Shown: piece after piece, positions 8,439 through 17,015 of the stretch
Numbering within the stretch: position 1 is the first letter of the stretch
How the letters are laid out: each line of letters begins with the position of its first letter
Source of the DNA: Candidatus Omnitrophota bacterium
Lineage (GTDB): Bacteria; Verrucomicrobiota; Kiritimatiellia; SS1-B-03-39; UBA6053
Direction of reading: 5' to 3'
DNA length: 38,348 nucleotides
NCBI GenBank assembly: GCA_047639095.1
Contig: JBLIND010000010.1
Coordinates: forward strand, 1 to 38,348
The notes under the pieces: model-generated
What the model saw: the letters and a program-made list of their open reading frames with translations, nothing else
The model's database searches: none
Told to the model about the DNA's origin: nothing
Translations under genes and position numbers: made by a program

Positions 8439-8864
8439 ATGATGAAGTCATTTTCCGACCTGCCTGCTGAGATTCGACTGAGTCATTTCAAATTTGTCGT
8501 TGCTGCATCAGGCGCCGATAGCGATCTCACTGAGGAGGAGCGTAGCGTGCTGGGATTTGTTTCACGGAAGTGGGGGCTGTCTCAAACGGAGGTTGATCAG
8601 GTGTACCGAAATCCTGCGGTCATCGAATTCGTGATTTCCGATAGCCGGGAGGTGTGTTTTCACCAGCTATACGATCTGGTGGAGATGGCGATCATCGACA
8701 GCAAACTGAAGCAGGCGGAAATGCAAATGTGCCTGGGCTACGCAGCCCAGTTGGGATTCCCGGAAGACGCCGTCGATACGGTCATCCAGGGGATTCTCGA
8801 AGGTAATCAGGCCGGAAAATCCGAAGAGGACATCCAGGCCGGACTGATGGCGCGATTGGCGTAA
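8439..8864 (+). CDS. TerB-like (tellurite-resistance TerB / DjlA N-domain fold) small all-alpha protein
   Basis: 141 aa, 21 nt after the giant gene's stop, with an RBS-like aaaaggaaaag upstream. It carries a TerB-type signature repeat (VVAASGADSDLTEEERSVLGFVSRKWGLSQTEV matches A-x-ADG-x5-E-x3-L...LGLS, and a second degenerate copy MAIIDSKLKQAEMQMCLGYAAQLGFPED). The family call is from memory of the motif and has not been aligned. Confidence 0.5.
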   Translation: MMKSFSDLPAEIRLSHFKFVVAASGADSDLTEEERSVLGFVSRKWGLSQTEVDQVYRNPAVIEFVISDSREVCFHQLYDLVEMAIIDSKLKQAEMQMCLGYAAQLGFPEDAVDTVIQGILEGNQAGKSEEDIQAGLMARLA

Positions 8865-8955
8865 GGGCTTTCACTCGGCCATTCATACATGACGTGAGTA
8901 AAATGACGGTCCTGCCTGTCGTATATAAAGCACGATCCACTAACCCGAGATTCTT

Positions 8956-10416
8956 ATGAAAACCGTATGCCTTTCGCTCATCGCTCTGTTCCTCCTTCCG
9001 TTCGCCCTGCTTGCCACGGACAAACCCAACGTGATCATTATCTTTATCGATGACATGGGCTATGGCGATGTGGGCTTCAACGGAGCAACCGGACCGAAAA
9101 CGCCGAATCTGGATCAGATGGCGAAAGAGGGGATGCGCTTCGATGATTTTTATGTCGGATGTGCCGTTTGTTCGGGGTCCCGTACCGCTTTGATGACCGG
9201 CTGTCACTATACCCGCTTGAGTATGGCTGCGGTGCTGTTTCCAAACAGCAATCAGGGTCTGCATCCGGATGAGGTGACCATTGCGGATCAGTTGAAAGGC
9301 GTTGGGTACAAAACCGCATGCGTCGGGAAGTGGCACCTCGGCCATTTACCGCCCTGTCTGCCGACGTACCAGGGCTTCGACAGCTACTATGGCATTCCAT
9401 ACAGCAACGATATGTGGATCGATCCGGCGAATGCCCTGTCGAAGAACATCGTTTTGCGTAAGGGCGTCACCTTGGAGCAGTTGAAAGCCGGGCTTAAGCA
9501 GAAAAACGAAGTGCCGCTGCTGCGCAACGAAGAGGTGATCGAATATCCGGTCGATCAAAGCACGGTAACCAAACGCTACACCGAGGAGAGCATTCGCTTC
9601 ATCGAGTCGAACAAGGATCAACCCTTCTTCCTTTATTTGCCTCACACCATGGTGCACTTGCCCCTGGCGGCATCCGAGGCCTTTGCCAATCGTCACGACG
9701 AGATGATCTGGAATGCGATCGAGGAAGTCGATTGGTCCGTTGGTGAAATCCTGAAGACCTTGAAGTCGGCTGGCATCGCGGAGAAAACCCTGGTCATCTT
9801 TACCAGTGATAACGGCGCCGCCGTAGGGACTTCGCTTCCCTTGCGGGCCAAAAAAGGCAGCGTCTATGACGGCGGAATTCGAGAGCCCACTGTGATGTGG
9901 TGGCCGGGAAGGATTCCGGCAAATGTGGTTTGTCATGAGGTGGCGGCTACCATCGACTTGTTGCCTACGCTCTCCAAGCTTGCCGGGGCTCCGCTGCCGG
10001 ATCGCAAGATTGACGGAAAAAATATCTGGTCCCTGATGTCGGGCGAGCCCGGTGCGAAGAGCCCACATGAAACGTACGTCTTAAAGCATGGCCCGGGAGC
10101 GGTTCGGTCGGGGAAATGGAAGTTTTATCCCTGGAAAGAAGGCAAGGGCGGCAAGCAGCGGGGGGATGTAAAAGTGGCCCGATCGGATCTGCCGGTGCAG
10201 CTTTATAATACCCAGGTGGATATCGGCGAAACCCAGAATCTGGCAGCCAAATATCCCGAAGTCGTCGAGCGCCTGCAGAAAGCGTACACGACCCATGTCG
10301 CTGAGATTAATGCCAACCAACGGCCAACTGCGGCTTTACAGCGCCCGGCGGGCAAAGCTGGATCCGAACGCCCGGGTGGAGCAAAGAAAAAGCCTGCCAA
10401 AAAGAAGGCGGGTTGA
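8956..10416 (+). CDS. Secreted sulfatase (arylsulfatase family) with a non-canonical FGly motif C-S-G-S-R
   Basis: Signal peptide MKTVCLSLIALFLLPFALLA. Metal-binding IIIFIDDMGYGD, the FGly-region GCAVCSGSRTALMTG, GKWHLG, and C-terminal sulfatase blocks (IFTSDNGA, GGIREP). The C-terminus is Lys-rich (AKKKPAKKKAG). Confidence 0.85.
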   Translation: MKTVCLSLIALFLLPFALLATDKPNVIIIFIDDMGYGDVGFNGATGPKTPNLDQMAKEGMRFDDFYVGCAVCSGSRTALMTGCHYTRLSMAAVLFPNSNQGLHPDEVTIADQLKGVGYKTACVGKWHLGHLPPCLPTYQGFDSYYGIPYSNDMWIDPANALSKNIVLRKGVTLEQLKAGLKQKNEVPLLRNEEVIEYPVDQSTVTKRYTEESIRFIESNKDQPFFLYLPHTMVHLPLAASEAFANRHDEMIWNAIEEVDWSVGEILKTLKSAGIAEKTLVIFTSDNGAAVGTSLPLRAKKGSVYDGGIREPTVMWWPGRIPANVVCHEVAATIDLLPTLSKLAGAPLPDRKIDGKNIWSLMSGEPGAKSPHETYVLKHGPGAVRSGKWKFYPWKEGKGGKQRGDVKVARSDLPVQLYNTQVDIGETQNLAAKYPEVVERLQKAYTTHVAEINANQRPTAALQRPAGKAGSERPGGAKKKPAKKKAG

Positions 10417-10451
10417 GTCGGAGTTTATCGACGACGAATGGGAGGATTCCG

Positions 10452-12557
10452 CTACTCTACCACGATGCGTAGGTATTTTCTCCGCTCGTTCTGGGTCTGC
10501 AAGGTGAGCTGGAGCATTCCGTTTACTTGTTCGATCGTATAATTCGATAAGGGTTCATCGGTCCAGGTTCCGGAAAGGTCTGTCGTTTGCTGGAGGCGAA
10601 GTTGCCCGGGATCGGTTGCTGCGGGAACGAGCACCTCAAAAACCAGGTTGCTGAAGGCATTGCTGAAGACGACATCGCTCAACGAGGGTGGCGGATCGGT
10701 GACCGCGAGAGAAAAAACCGGTCCCCATTCGAGTGAAAAATCATCCCAGACCTGCGCCCGCATATCGAGGGCGTAGGTGCCAGGCGTGTCAGATGACCAT
10801 GAAAAGTTATCGCTATTCGGAACGGCCATCATGGTCGAATTGGTCAATTCCTGCGCATCAGATAAGAGGATTGAATCGATAAACCATCCCAGGTGATCCG
10901 CCGTCCCGACGAAATATACACCGGCCCGACGGTAAACAAAGCGCAGGCGGATGGCCTGACCAGCGTAGGCGTTAAGTGGAACCGTCCGAGTGATGAAATT
11001 GGATTCGCCCGGACCATCTGAACCAGCTTGTTCATAGATTGAATTCCAACTGATTCCCTCATCTGTCGAGACTTCCACGAGGGCAAATTGGGTGGTGGCG
11101 GCCCACCGGAGTTGGCTGCTGAAACTCAACTCGCAGCCCGCTCCCGGAAGAATCACTTTGTCCCATTCAATTTCGTGGTCATCCAGCGGTGTTCCGCTTG
11201 GATGTGCGAGGTGGAAGCTGTGACTGCCCGCTTGAACAACGTTGCTGTTGTGTACCTCATAGGTTCCATCCGTTCGGATGATGATGTTGTCTGTGGTTTC
11301 GGCATCCTCTCCGGATAAGAGGGCCGGCTGACTTAGTCTAACCTGATAGCCGGAGGCAAAGTCCACTTCCGGGTGGGTAAACGCCTGCGGAATGCCGGTT
11401 GAGAGATGGGTGGGTCCAGCGACTGTGAGTTGAACCGTATCCGGACCCAATTGAGATGGGTCGAAGACCGTTACTGTGTAGTTGTATGATTCCGCCGCTC
11501 CGTTTCGGATTATGTTGCTGATTGCGATGGTGTAGGTGGTGTCGACACCCAGGGTGGGCCACTCCGCGAAAAATGCATTGGGGTCCATACTCGCAGGATG
11601 CCAGACCATGGTATTCTCGCCGACCATGGGATCCCCGATGGACGAGCGATGATCGATTACCAGGGGGATGCCTGCGCCAGTTGGGCCCTGCATGCTCACT
11701 ACGGCGGCGGTGAAATCTCCGTCATCGAGCGAAAAGGACCAGCGAGTAGGTGTGATCGGATTTGGGAAATATCCGGGTGGTGGCCAGGCAATGAAAGCTT
11801 CGCGTGTAGTCGGGCGGGGGAGCCCGCCGTCACCGCTGTTAACGACCAACAGACAGTTTGCGGATGGATAACTTCCGCTTGCCGGTACATCACCGCTTGC
11901 CATGGTTTGCGTCTGGGGAAAAAGAATCCACCGCCGATGACCGACACGCGCATTGTTGCTGCCGTTATCCCGCGTCTGACTGCTCAATGCTTCATATCCG
12001 ATATTGCCCAACGAGAGGTTGGATCGCGCAGCTGCCGCCGCACCGATCGCGGAATAACAGAACCAGCTCGGTGGTGGGGAGTGGCTGAGTGCTTCATTTC
12101 GGCTGAACATCAATGCCGCGGCCTGACACTCGACAAGCGCCGCTGGGTTAAACGAAACATCGGCCGGAACACCTGCCAGTGCGCGCGTGGCATTGATTCG
12201 TCGGAGTACCGCGTCCAGAAAGGCGCTCGAAGACTCTCCGGGGATGCAGGCATCCACATCACCGTTCCAACCGATGGGTGTGCCGTTTGAACTGCTGTAG
12301 ACCGCATTGTAAAACGCGCGCACCTCTTCACGGCTTAAGGTATTTATGAACGGGAATCCACCAGTAGCCAGTGGTGCTCCGCGACGGCGAACCTGGTCCG
12401 AGGCCGCAGTCCGTTCAACCGCTACTCCATGGCGAGGTTCCATGGGACGGAGGCGCGGTGGCGTCTGGGCTTGAGACTGGACAATAAACAACCCGGCAAG
12501 CAGGCTGAGGCCGTACCCATTTAGATGCTTCTTTCGAGGCCGAACGGTGGTACCCAT
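10452..12557 (-). CDS. Secreted protein with an N-terminal CAP/SCP/PR-1-like domain and a large beta-rich C-terminal region
   Basis: 701 aa with the signal peptide LSLLAGLFIVQSQAQ. CAP-like blocks: VLRRINATRALAGVPADVSFNPAALVECQAAALMFSRNEALSHSP and ARVGHRRWILFPQTQTMASG (the bacterial SCP-like GHRR motif). The remaining ~450 aa is Ser/Thr/Gly-rich and beta-like. It is convergent with the upstream sulfatase and divergent from the next one. Confidence 0.55.
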   Translation of the reverse strand: MGTTVRPRKKHLNGYGLSLLAGLFIVQSQAQTPPRLRPMEPRHGVAVERTAASDQVRRRGAPLATGGFPFINTLSREEVRAFYNAVYSSSNGTPIGWNGDVDACIPGESSSAFLDAVLRRINATRALAGVPADVSFNPAALVECQAAALMFSRNEALSHSPPPSWFCYSAIGAAAAARSNLSLGNIGYEALSSQTRDNGSNNARVGHRRWILFPQTQTMASGDVPASGSYPSANCLLVVNSGDGGLPRPTTREAFIAWPPPGYFPNPITPTRWSFSLDDGDFTAAVVSMQGPTGAGIPLVIDHRSSIGDPMVGENTMVWHPASMDPNAFFAEWPTLGVDTTYTIAISNIIRNGAAESYNYTVTVFDPSQLGPDTVQLTVAGPTHLSTGIPQAFTHPEVDFASGYQVRLSQPALLSGEDAETTDNIIIRTDGTYEVHNSNVVQAGSHSFHLAHPSGTPLDDHEIEWDKVILPGAGCELSFSSQLRWAATTQFALVEVSTDEGISWNSIYEQAGSDGPGESNFITRTVPLNAYAGQAIRLRFVYRRAGVYFVGTADHLGWFIDSILLSDAQELTNSTMMAVPNSDNFSWSSDTPGTYALDMRAQVWDDFSLEWGPVFSLAVTDPPPSLSDVVFSNAFSNLVFEVLVPAATDPGQLRLQQTTDLSGTWTDEPLSNYTIEQVNGMLQLTLQTQNERRKYLRIVVE

Positions 12558-12671
12558 ATGCTGAGTTTAAATCCGCCAGGCTTCATTGTATAGGCCGTTC
12601 TACTTTTAGACGTTCCGACTTGGCTTGGATACGGAGATTGTTAAAAGTAATTGGATTCAGTGGAGACCCTT

Positions 12672-14738
12672 ATGAGATATCTATATATGCTGTTTAGCCT
12701 TTTCGTCCTCACAACCCATGCGGCGGTTAAACCAAATATCCTTTTTATCTTTTCCGATGACCATGCGTATCAGGCGATCAGTGCCTATGGGCATGGGCTG
12801 AATGAAACACCGAACATCGACCGCATTGCCAAGGAAGGGGTGCGTTTCAATCGGTGTTATGTGAGCAACGCCATTTGCGGACCGATGCGTGCGGTCATTC
12901 AAACCGGCAAATACTCCCACTTGAACGGCTTCCTGATCAATGGGAACAAATTTGATGGCAACCAGTGGACCTTCCCCAAGGAATTGCAGAAAGTGGGTTA
13001 CCAGACGGCCGTGATCGGCAAGTGGCACCTCGGTACGCATATGGAGCCCAAGGGCTTTAACTATTCCGAAGTGCTGATCGATCAGGGCCCGTATTACAAT
13101 CCACCGATGCTGCGTGATGAAAAAGGCGACGGCAACCGGGTGAAGAAGCAATACACCGGGTACACCACGGAGATTATTACGGATCTGGCCCTGGAGTGGC
13201 TCAAAAACCAACGCGATCAGGAAAAGCCGTTCATGTTGATGTATCAACATAAGGCTCCGCACCGGAACTGGGAACCGGGTCCTGATTACCTGCATCTCTA
13301 CGACGATGTCACCTTCCCCGAGCCGGAGTCCTTGTTCGACGATTACACCCATCGAGCCGATCCGGCCCGTGACCAGGATATGTCCATTTCTAAAACCATG
13401 ACTCGGCGGGATCTGAAGCTCGATCCCCCGCGCAATTTTACCCCTGAGCAATTAGCGACCTGGAATGCGGCTTACGAGCCGAAGAACAAAGCCTTCGAGG
13501 CGATGAAACTCGAAGGCCGCGAGCTGATCAGCTGGAAATTTCAGCGCTACATCAAAGACTACCTGCGCTGCATCGCCGCCGTGGATCATGAGGTCGGCAA
13601 AGTCCTCGATTATCTGGATAAGAGCGGCCTGGCGAAGAATACCATCGTCATCTACTGTTCCGATCAGGGCTTTTACCTGGGTGAACACGGCTGGTTCGAC
13701 AAACGATGGATGTATGAAGAATCGTTCCGGACGCCTTTTCTCGTGCGATGGCCCGATGTCGTTGCGCCCGGTCTTGTGAATGAAACCGACATCGTCTCAC
13801 CGGTAGACTTTGCTGCGACGTTTCTCGAGATCGCTGGCGCAGCCAATCCGGGAGACCTCCAGGGTAAATCGTTGATTCCTATCCTCAAAGGTCAGACCCC
13901 GCGCGATTGGCGAAAGTCCTTCTACTATCATTACTACGAGGGTGGGGGACATGGCGTTGCCCGGCATTATGGTGTGTCGAACGGACGCTACAAATTGATC
14001 AACTACTATCAGGATCATGTGAAGCAATGGGAGTTGTTTGACCTTAAATCGGATCCTCAGGAAATGCGCAGCCAATACGAGAATCCCGAATATGCCAAGG
14101 TGAAGGAGGACATGTTCCAGGAACTTCAACGCTTGCGGGTTGAACTGAAATTGCCCGATGAAGATCCGGAGGCGAGTTTCGGAGGCTGGGGGGATCGCAC
14201 CCTGGAGCTTCGCAAGATGGCCAGCGCCGCGAACGTGCCGTTGACGGAGGTCCTCCGCATGCAGGCCGTCGGCGTGGTGAAGAACAAGAAGCCCGATCCG
14301 AGCTTTAAGCCGATCACGGTCGGTGCCTGGATTTCGACTGAACGTTCGGATGGCGTGATCCTTGCCCAGGGCGGAGGCGGTATGGGCTACGCATGCTACC
14401 TGAAAGACGGCTACCTGGTCTTCGGGATCAAAAATGGCGGTTCGTTAAGTGAAGTGAAGTCGAAGGCGAAAATCCCCATGAAGACCCGGACCCATGTGCG
14501 GGCGACCCTGGATGCCGAGCTGAAGCTGACCCTGTTTGTGAATGGGAAACCGGCCGGAATCGGCAAGGGCCGGTTTGTGTCGGGCATCCCAAACGAAGGG
14601 CTGGACGTCGGGGAAGACAGCGGAAGCCTGGTGGGGAACTATACGGATGACAATGTTTTCAAGGGGACGATGAGCGACATTCGGATCTATTGGGGGCGGC
14701 TTGAACAGAAAGAATTAGACGCCTGGGCACATCGTTAA
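12672..14738 (+). CDS. Secreted sulfatase (canonical C-G-P-M-R FGly motif) with a C-terminal LamG/concanavalin-like extension
   Basis: The signal peptide [18 protein letters not shown] points to the ATG at 12672; the ORF track start at 12651 is also possible. Sulfatase blocks [34 protein letters not shown] and VIYCSDQGF. The C-terminal ~200 aa ([19 protein letters not shown]...[11 protein letters not shown]...[10 protein letters not shown]) resembles a LamG-type beta-sandwich. Confidence 0.85.
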   Translation: MRYLYMLFSLFVLTTHAAVKPNILFIFSDDHAYQAISAYGHGLNETPNIDRIAKEGVRFNRCYVSNAICGPMRAVIQTGKYSHLNGFLINGNKFDGNQWTFPKELQKVGYQTAVIGKWHLGTHMEPKGFNYSEVLIDQGPYYNPPMLRDEKGDGNRVKKQYTGYTTEIITDLALEWLKNQRDQEKPFMLMYQHKAPHRNWEPGPDYLHLYDDVTFPEPESLFDDYTHRADPARDQDMSISKTMTRRDLKLDPPRNFTPEQLATWNAAYEPKNKAFEAMKLEGRELISWKFQRYIKDYLRCIAAVDHEVGKVLDYLDKSGLAKNTIVIYCSDQGFYLGEHGWFDKRWMYEESFRTPFLVRWPDVVAPGLVNETDIVSPVDFAATFLEIAGAANPGDLQGKSLIPILKGQTPRDWRKSFYYHYYEGGGHGVARHYGVSNGRYKLINYYQDHVKQWELFDLKSDPQEMRSQYENPEYAKVKEDMFQELQRLRVELKLPDEDPEASFGGWGDRTLELRKMASAANVPLTEVLRMQAVGVVKNKKPDPSFKPITVGAWISTERSDGVILAQGGGGMGYACYLKDGYLVFGIKNGGSLSEVKSKAKIPMKTRTHVRATLDAELKLTLFVNGKPAGIGKGRFVSGIPNEGLDVGEDSGSLVGNYTDDNVFKGTMSDIRIYWGRLEQKELDAWAHR

Positions 14739-14806
14739 GCGCACTTCTGCGATTGTTTAATGGAGCCTTGCGGCACGAGGGGTGTGCGTCGTAAACTGAG
14801 CCTCTT

Positions 14807-15907
14807 ATGCGCCGATTATTGATCACCATCCACGCCTCTTTGATCCTGCTGCTCGTCGGCTGCGATACGGTGCCCGCTCCCGTCTCGCGCCCCTTGCCTG
14901 AAGGCGAAGGTGCGCACCCGAGTCTGGGGCTTTCACCTTTCGAACCGGTCGACCGCGCCCATACCCAGGAGCCGGGGACGACCGACATTATTCACCAGGC
15001 TGAATCGCTTTTAATTCCTTACCGCTTGCGCAGCCTGCTCGAGCTGACGGGCCGATGGAGCAAGGTTCGTTTGCTACCTGCTGGTTCGCGTACAGCTGAC
15101 TGGCGCGTCGAGGGCCGGATTCTCCGCTCGGATCCAGATGGTATTCAGTTACGCATGCGTGTGTTGGATCAAGAGAACCGTCTCTTGCTGGAAAAGGAAT
15201 ACGCGCATAACCCGGCAAAAGGTGAGGCCCTGTTTAATCCGCTGTTTGATGCGATCATCTCCGATCTGAATCAGCTTCGTTTCCAATCCGCACCGAATGA
15301 GGACCTCGCGCGGGTCCGTTTTGCATCGGATCTTTTGCCGGAGGTGTTTTCAGGCTACCTGGGCGAAACGCCAGAAGGACACACCACGCTGCGCCGCATG
15401 CCTACTCAAGACGATCCGGTATATCAGCGGATGCAGTTGCTCTACACTCGTGAAGCCAGCCTGGTCGACGCCATGGATGCGCACTATGGACGGTATTACG
15501 AAGCCATCGAAAAGCCGTATACGATCTGGCGTGAAGCCGTCAGCGGCGGAGTGAATAAAATGAGCCGCTATGAGAAGCGTTCGTGGTTGGATCCGTTCCT
15601 GCTGATCGCCGGCGAGCTGACCAGCGGCGGTGGACTGTTCGTCGAAGCCGCAGGTGGGCAGACGGCTGCGGACAAGGTCTATGAGAAAGGGCGCGACTGG
15701 TCTTCGGGCTATGGCGAGAAAGCGCTTCATCTTCGGAATGACCTCGATCGGGCCGGCATGCTGGTGACCGCAGAAATGAAGCCATTTACGGTGGAGATTC
15801 AGGGCAAGGTTGAATCGCTGAGCGGAACCGCGGCCGAGCAGTACAAACAATGGCGCGACCTGCTGGGGAAGATGTACACGAAAGAAACCGGAATATCCAT
15901 CGAGTAG
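14807..15907 (+). CDS. Hypothetical lipoprotein
   Basis: 366 aa. The N-terminus MRRLLITIHASLILLLVGCDT has a lipobox L-V-G-C. The rest is soluble and mixed alpha/beta with no recognised motif. Confidence 0.55.
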   Translation: MRRLLITIHASLILLLVGCDTVPAPVSRPLPEGEGAHPSLGLSPFEPVDRAHTQEPGTTDIIHQAESLLIPYRLRSLLELTGRWSKVRLLPAGSRTADWRVEGRILRSDPDGIQLRMRVLDQENRLLLEKEYAHNPAKGEALFNPLFDAIISDLNQLRFQSAPNEDLARVRFASDLLPEVFSGYLGETPEGHTTLRRMPTQDDPVYQRMQLLYTREASLVDAMDAHYGRYYEAIEKPYTIWREAVSGGVNKMSRYEKRSWLDPFLLIAGELTSGGGLFVEAAGGQTAADKVYEKGRDWSSGYGEKALHLRNDLDRAGMLVTAEMKPFTVEIQGKVESLSGTAAEQYKQWRDLLGKMYTKETGISIE

Positions 15908-15916
15908 GAAAAGCCT

Positions 15917-16324
15917 ATGTTAAAGCCCATCCTTTTTCTTTGTCTGCTCGTTTTGCCGCCGAGCTTCGGAGAGGTTCCCGTGCCACAGCATGCGGTCGCA
16001 ATTTTGAGCACGATCCAGACCCGGCAAGGGCTCTGTGTGCTCGTCGGCAGCAAGGGTGATCTTTGCGCGCACCTCGACGCACGCAGTCAGCTGCTGGTTC
16101 TGGGCTTGAGCACGAACCGAGAAGATCAGGTGCCGTGCCAGCAAGCGATCAACCAGGCCGGGGTGAGCGGGCAGGCCCGTATCATTTTGTCGCCAGACGG
16201 GGCACTACCACTCGTACCCCATCTCGCAAATGTGATCGTGGTCGAAGACAAACGGTTCATCAAGCGGGTCGGCATGGAAGAGGTGATGCATATCCTGGCG
16301 CCGGGAGGCGAGTTGGTGGCCTGA
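15917..16324 (+). CDS. Small secreted protein with a degenerate class-I methyltransferase-like fold; possibly the N-terminal piece of a disrupted larger gene
   Basis: 135 aa with the signal peptide MLKPILFLCLLVLPPSFG. The blocks LCVLVGSKGDLCAHL...LVLGLS...ARIILSPDG...VIVVED...MHILAPGGELV follow Rossmann-MTase motif order, but the GxGxG is degenerate. It ends in TGA at 16322. It shares a frame with the PQQ ORF downstream. Confidence 0.35.
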   Translation: MLKPILFLCLLVLPPSFGEVPVPQHAVAILSTIQTRQGLCVLVGSKGDLCAHLDARSQLLVLGLSTNREDQVPCQQAINQAGVSGQARIILSPDGALPLVPHLANVIVVEDKRFIKRVGMEEVMHILAPGGELVA

Positions 16325-16373
16325 AATGGTGCGACTTGGGAAGTGCTAATCAAGCCCTGGCCCTCCACCATGG

Positions 16374-17015
16374 ATGACTGGACACATCCTTAGCACGGAC
16401 CGGACGGGCATATGGTGTCCAACGATCGTGAAGTTCGGTTTCTTCTCGGCCTTCGGTGATGAAATGGATCTCGATATCAATCTGGCCGGACCGGGGTTTG
16501 TCTCGGTCACCCGCCGCCAGGCACGCGGCATCGTCTTTCTGCGTGAACGCGATGGAAAGCTGCTTTGGGAGATCACGGGTAAACCCGTTGACCCTCTGAA
16601 GAGAGAGATGCCCTATCTCTGGACCACCCTGGTGGACGGCGAACGCTGGTTCAGTTCATGGAAATACGATCCCCTGATCGGAGAGGTGAAAGGGAAACTG
16701 CCTGTGGGACTGCCAACCCAGAGTTGTACGCCTTCGGTACTGGTGGGGAACTTACTCACCCAGAGTCGCCGCAGCGCGTACACCGAATTACCTCTCTCAG
16801 CAGATCCCCAGGACAAAGCCCGGACCTTCACGTTTGAAGCCGCCCGAGGTGGGTGTATGCAAGGCATGGTTCCCGCGAATGGCATGTTCTATACTTCGCA
16901 GAATAACTGTGAGTGCGCTCCGGGTAGGTCTAGGGCTTCCTGGGGTTTGGACCGGAAACCTTGCTGCCCGGCGGGGAAGCCTGGTCCGCGAAACGCCCCA
17001 CAGAAGCAGGCGTGA
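16374..17015 (+). CDS. Hypothetical protein (weak call; may be part of a disrupted MTase-like / PQQ-propeller gene)
   Basis: 213 aa. There is no signal peptide and no motif I recognise. It overlaps the start of the PQQ ORF by 55-80 nt in a different frame. The call rests only on ORF length in a high-GC context. Confidence 0.25.
   Translation: MTGHILSTDRTGIWCPTIVKFGFFSAFGDEMDLDINLAGPGFVSVTRRQARGIVFLRERDGKLLWEITGKPVDPLKREMPYLWTTLVDGERWFSSWKYDPLIGEVKGKLPVGLPTQSCTPSVLVGNLLTQSRRSAYTELPLSADPQDKARTFTFEAARGGCMQGMVPANGMFYTSQNNCECAPGRSRASWGLDRKPCCPAGKPGPRNAPQKQA

Noticed and set aside
8865-8955. Possible promoter (TATATAAA-like -10) and a TGACGTGA element upstream of the first sulfatase
   Set aside because: The consensus for this lineage is unknown, and the motifs are short and unconfirmed. 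It is not reported as a feature.
11598-12290. + strand 230-aa ORF inside the CAP-domain gene
   Set aside because: It is Cys/Arg-rich nonsense with no start context. The minus-strand product has a signal peptide and CAP motifs.
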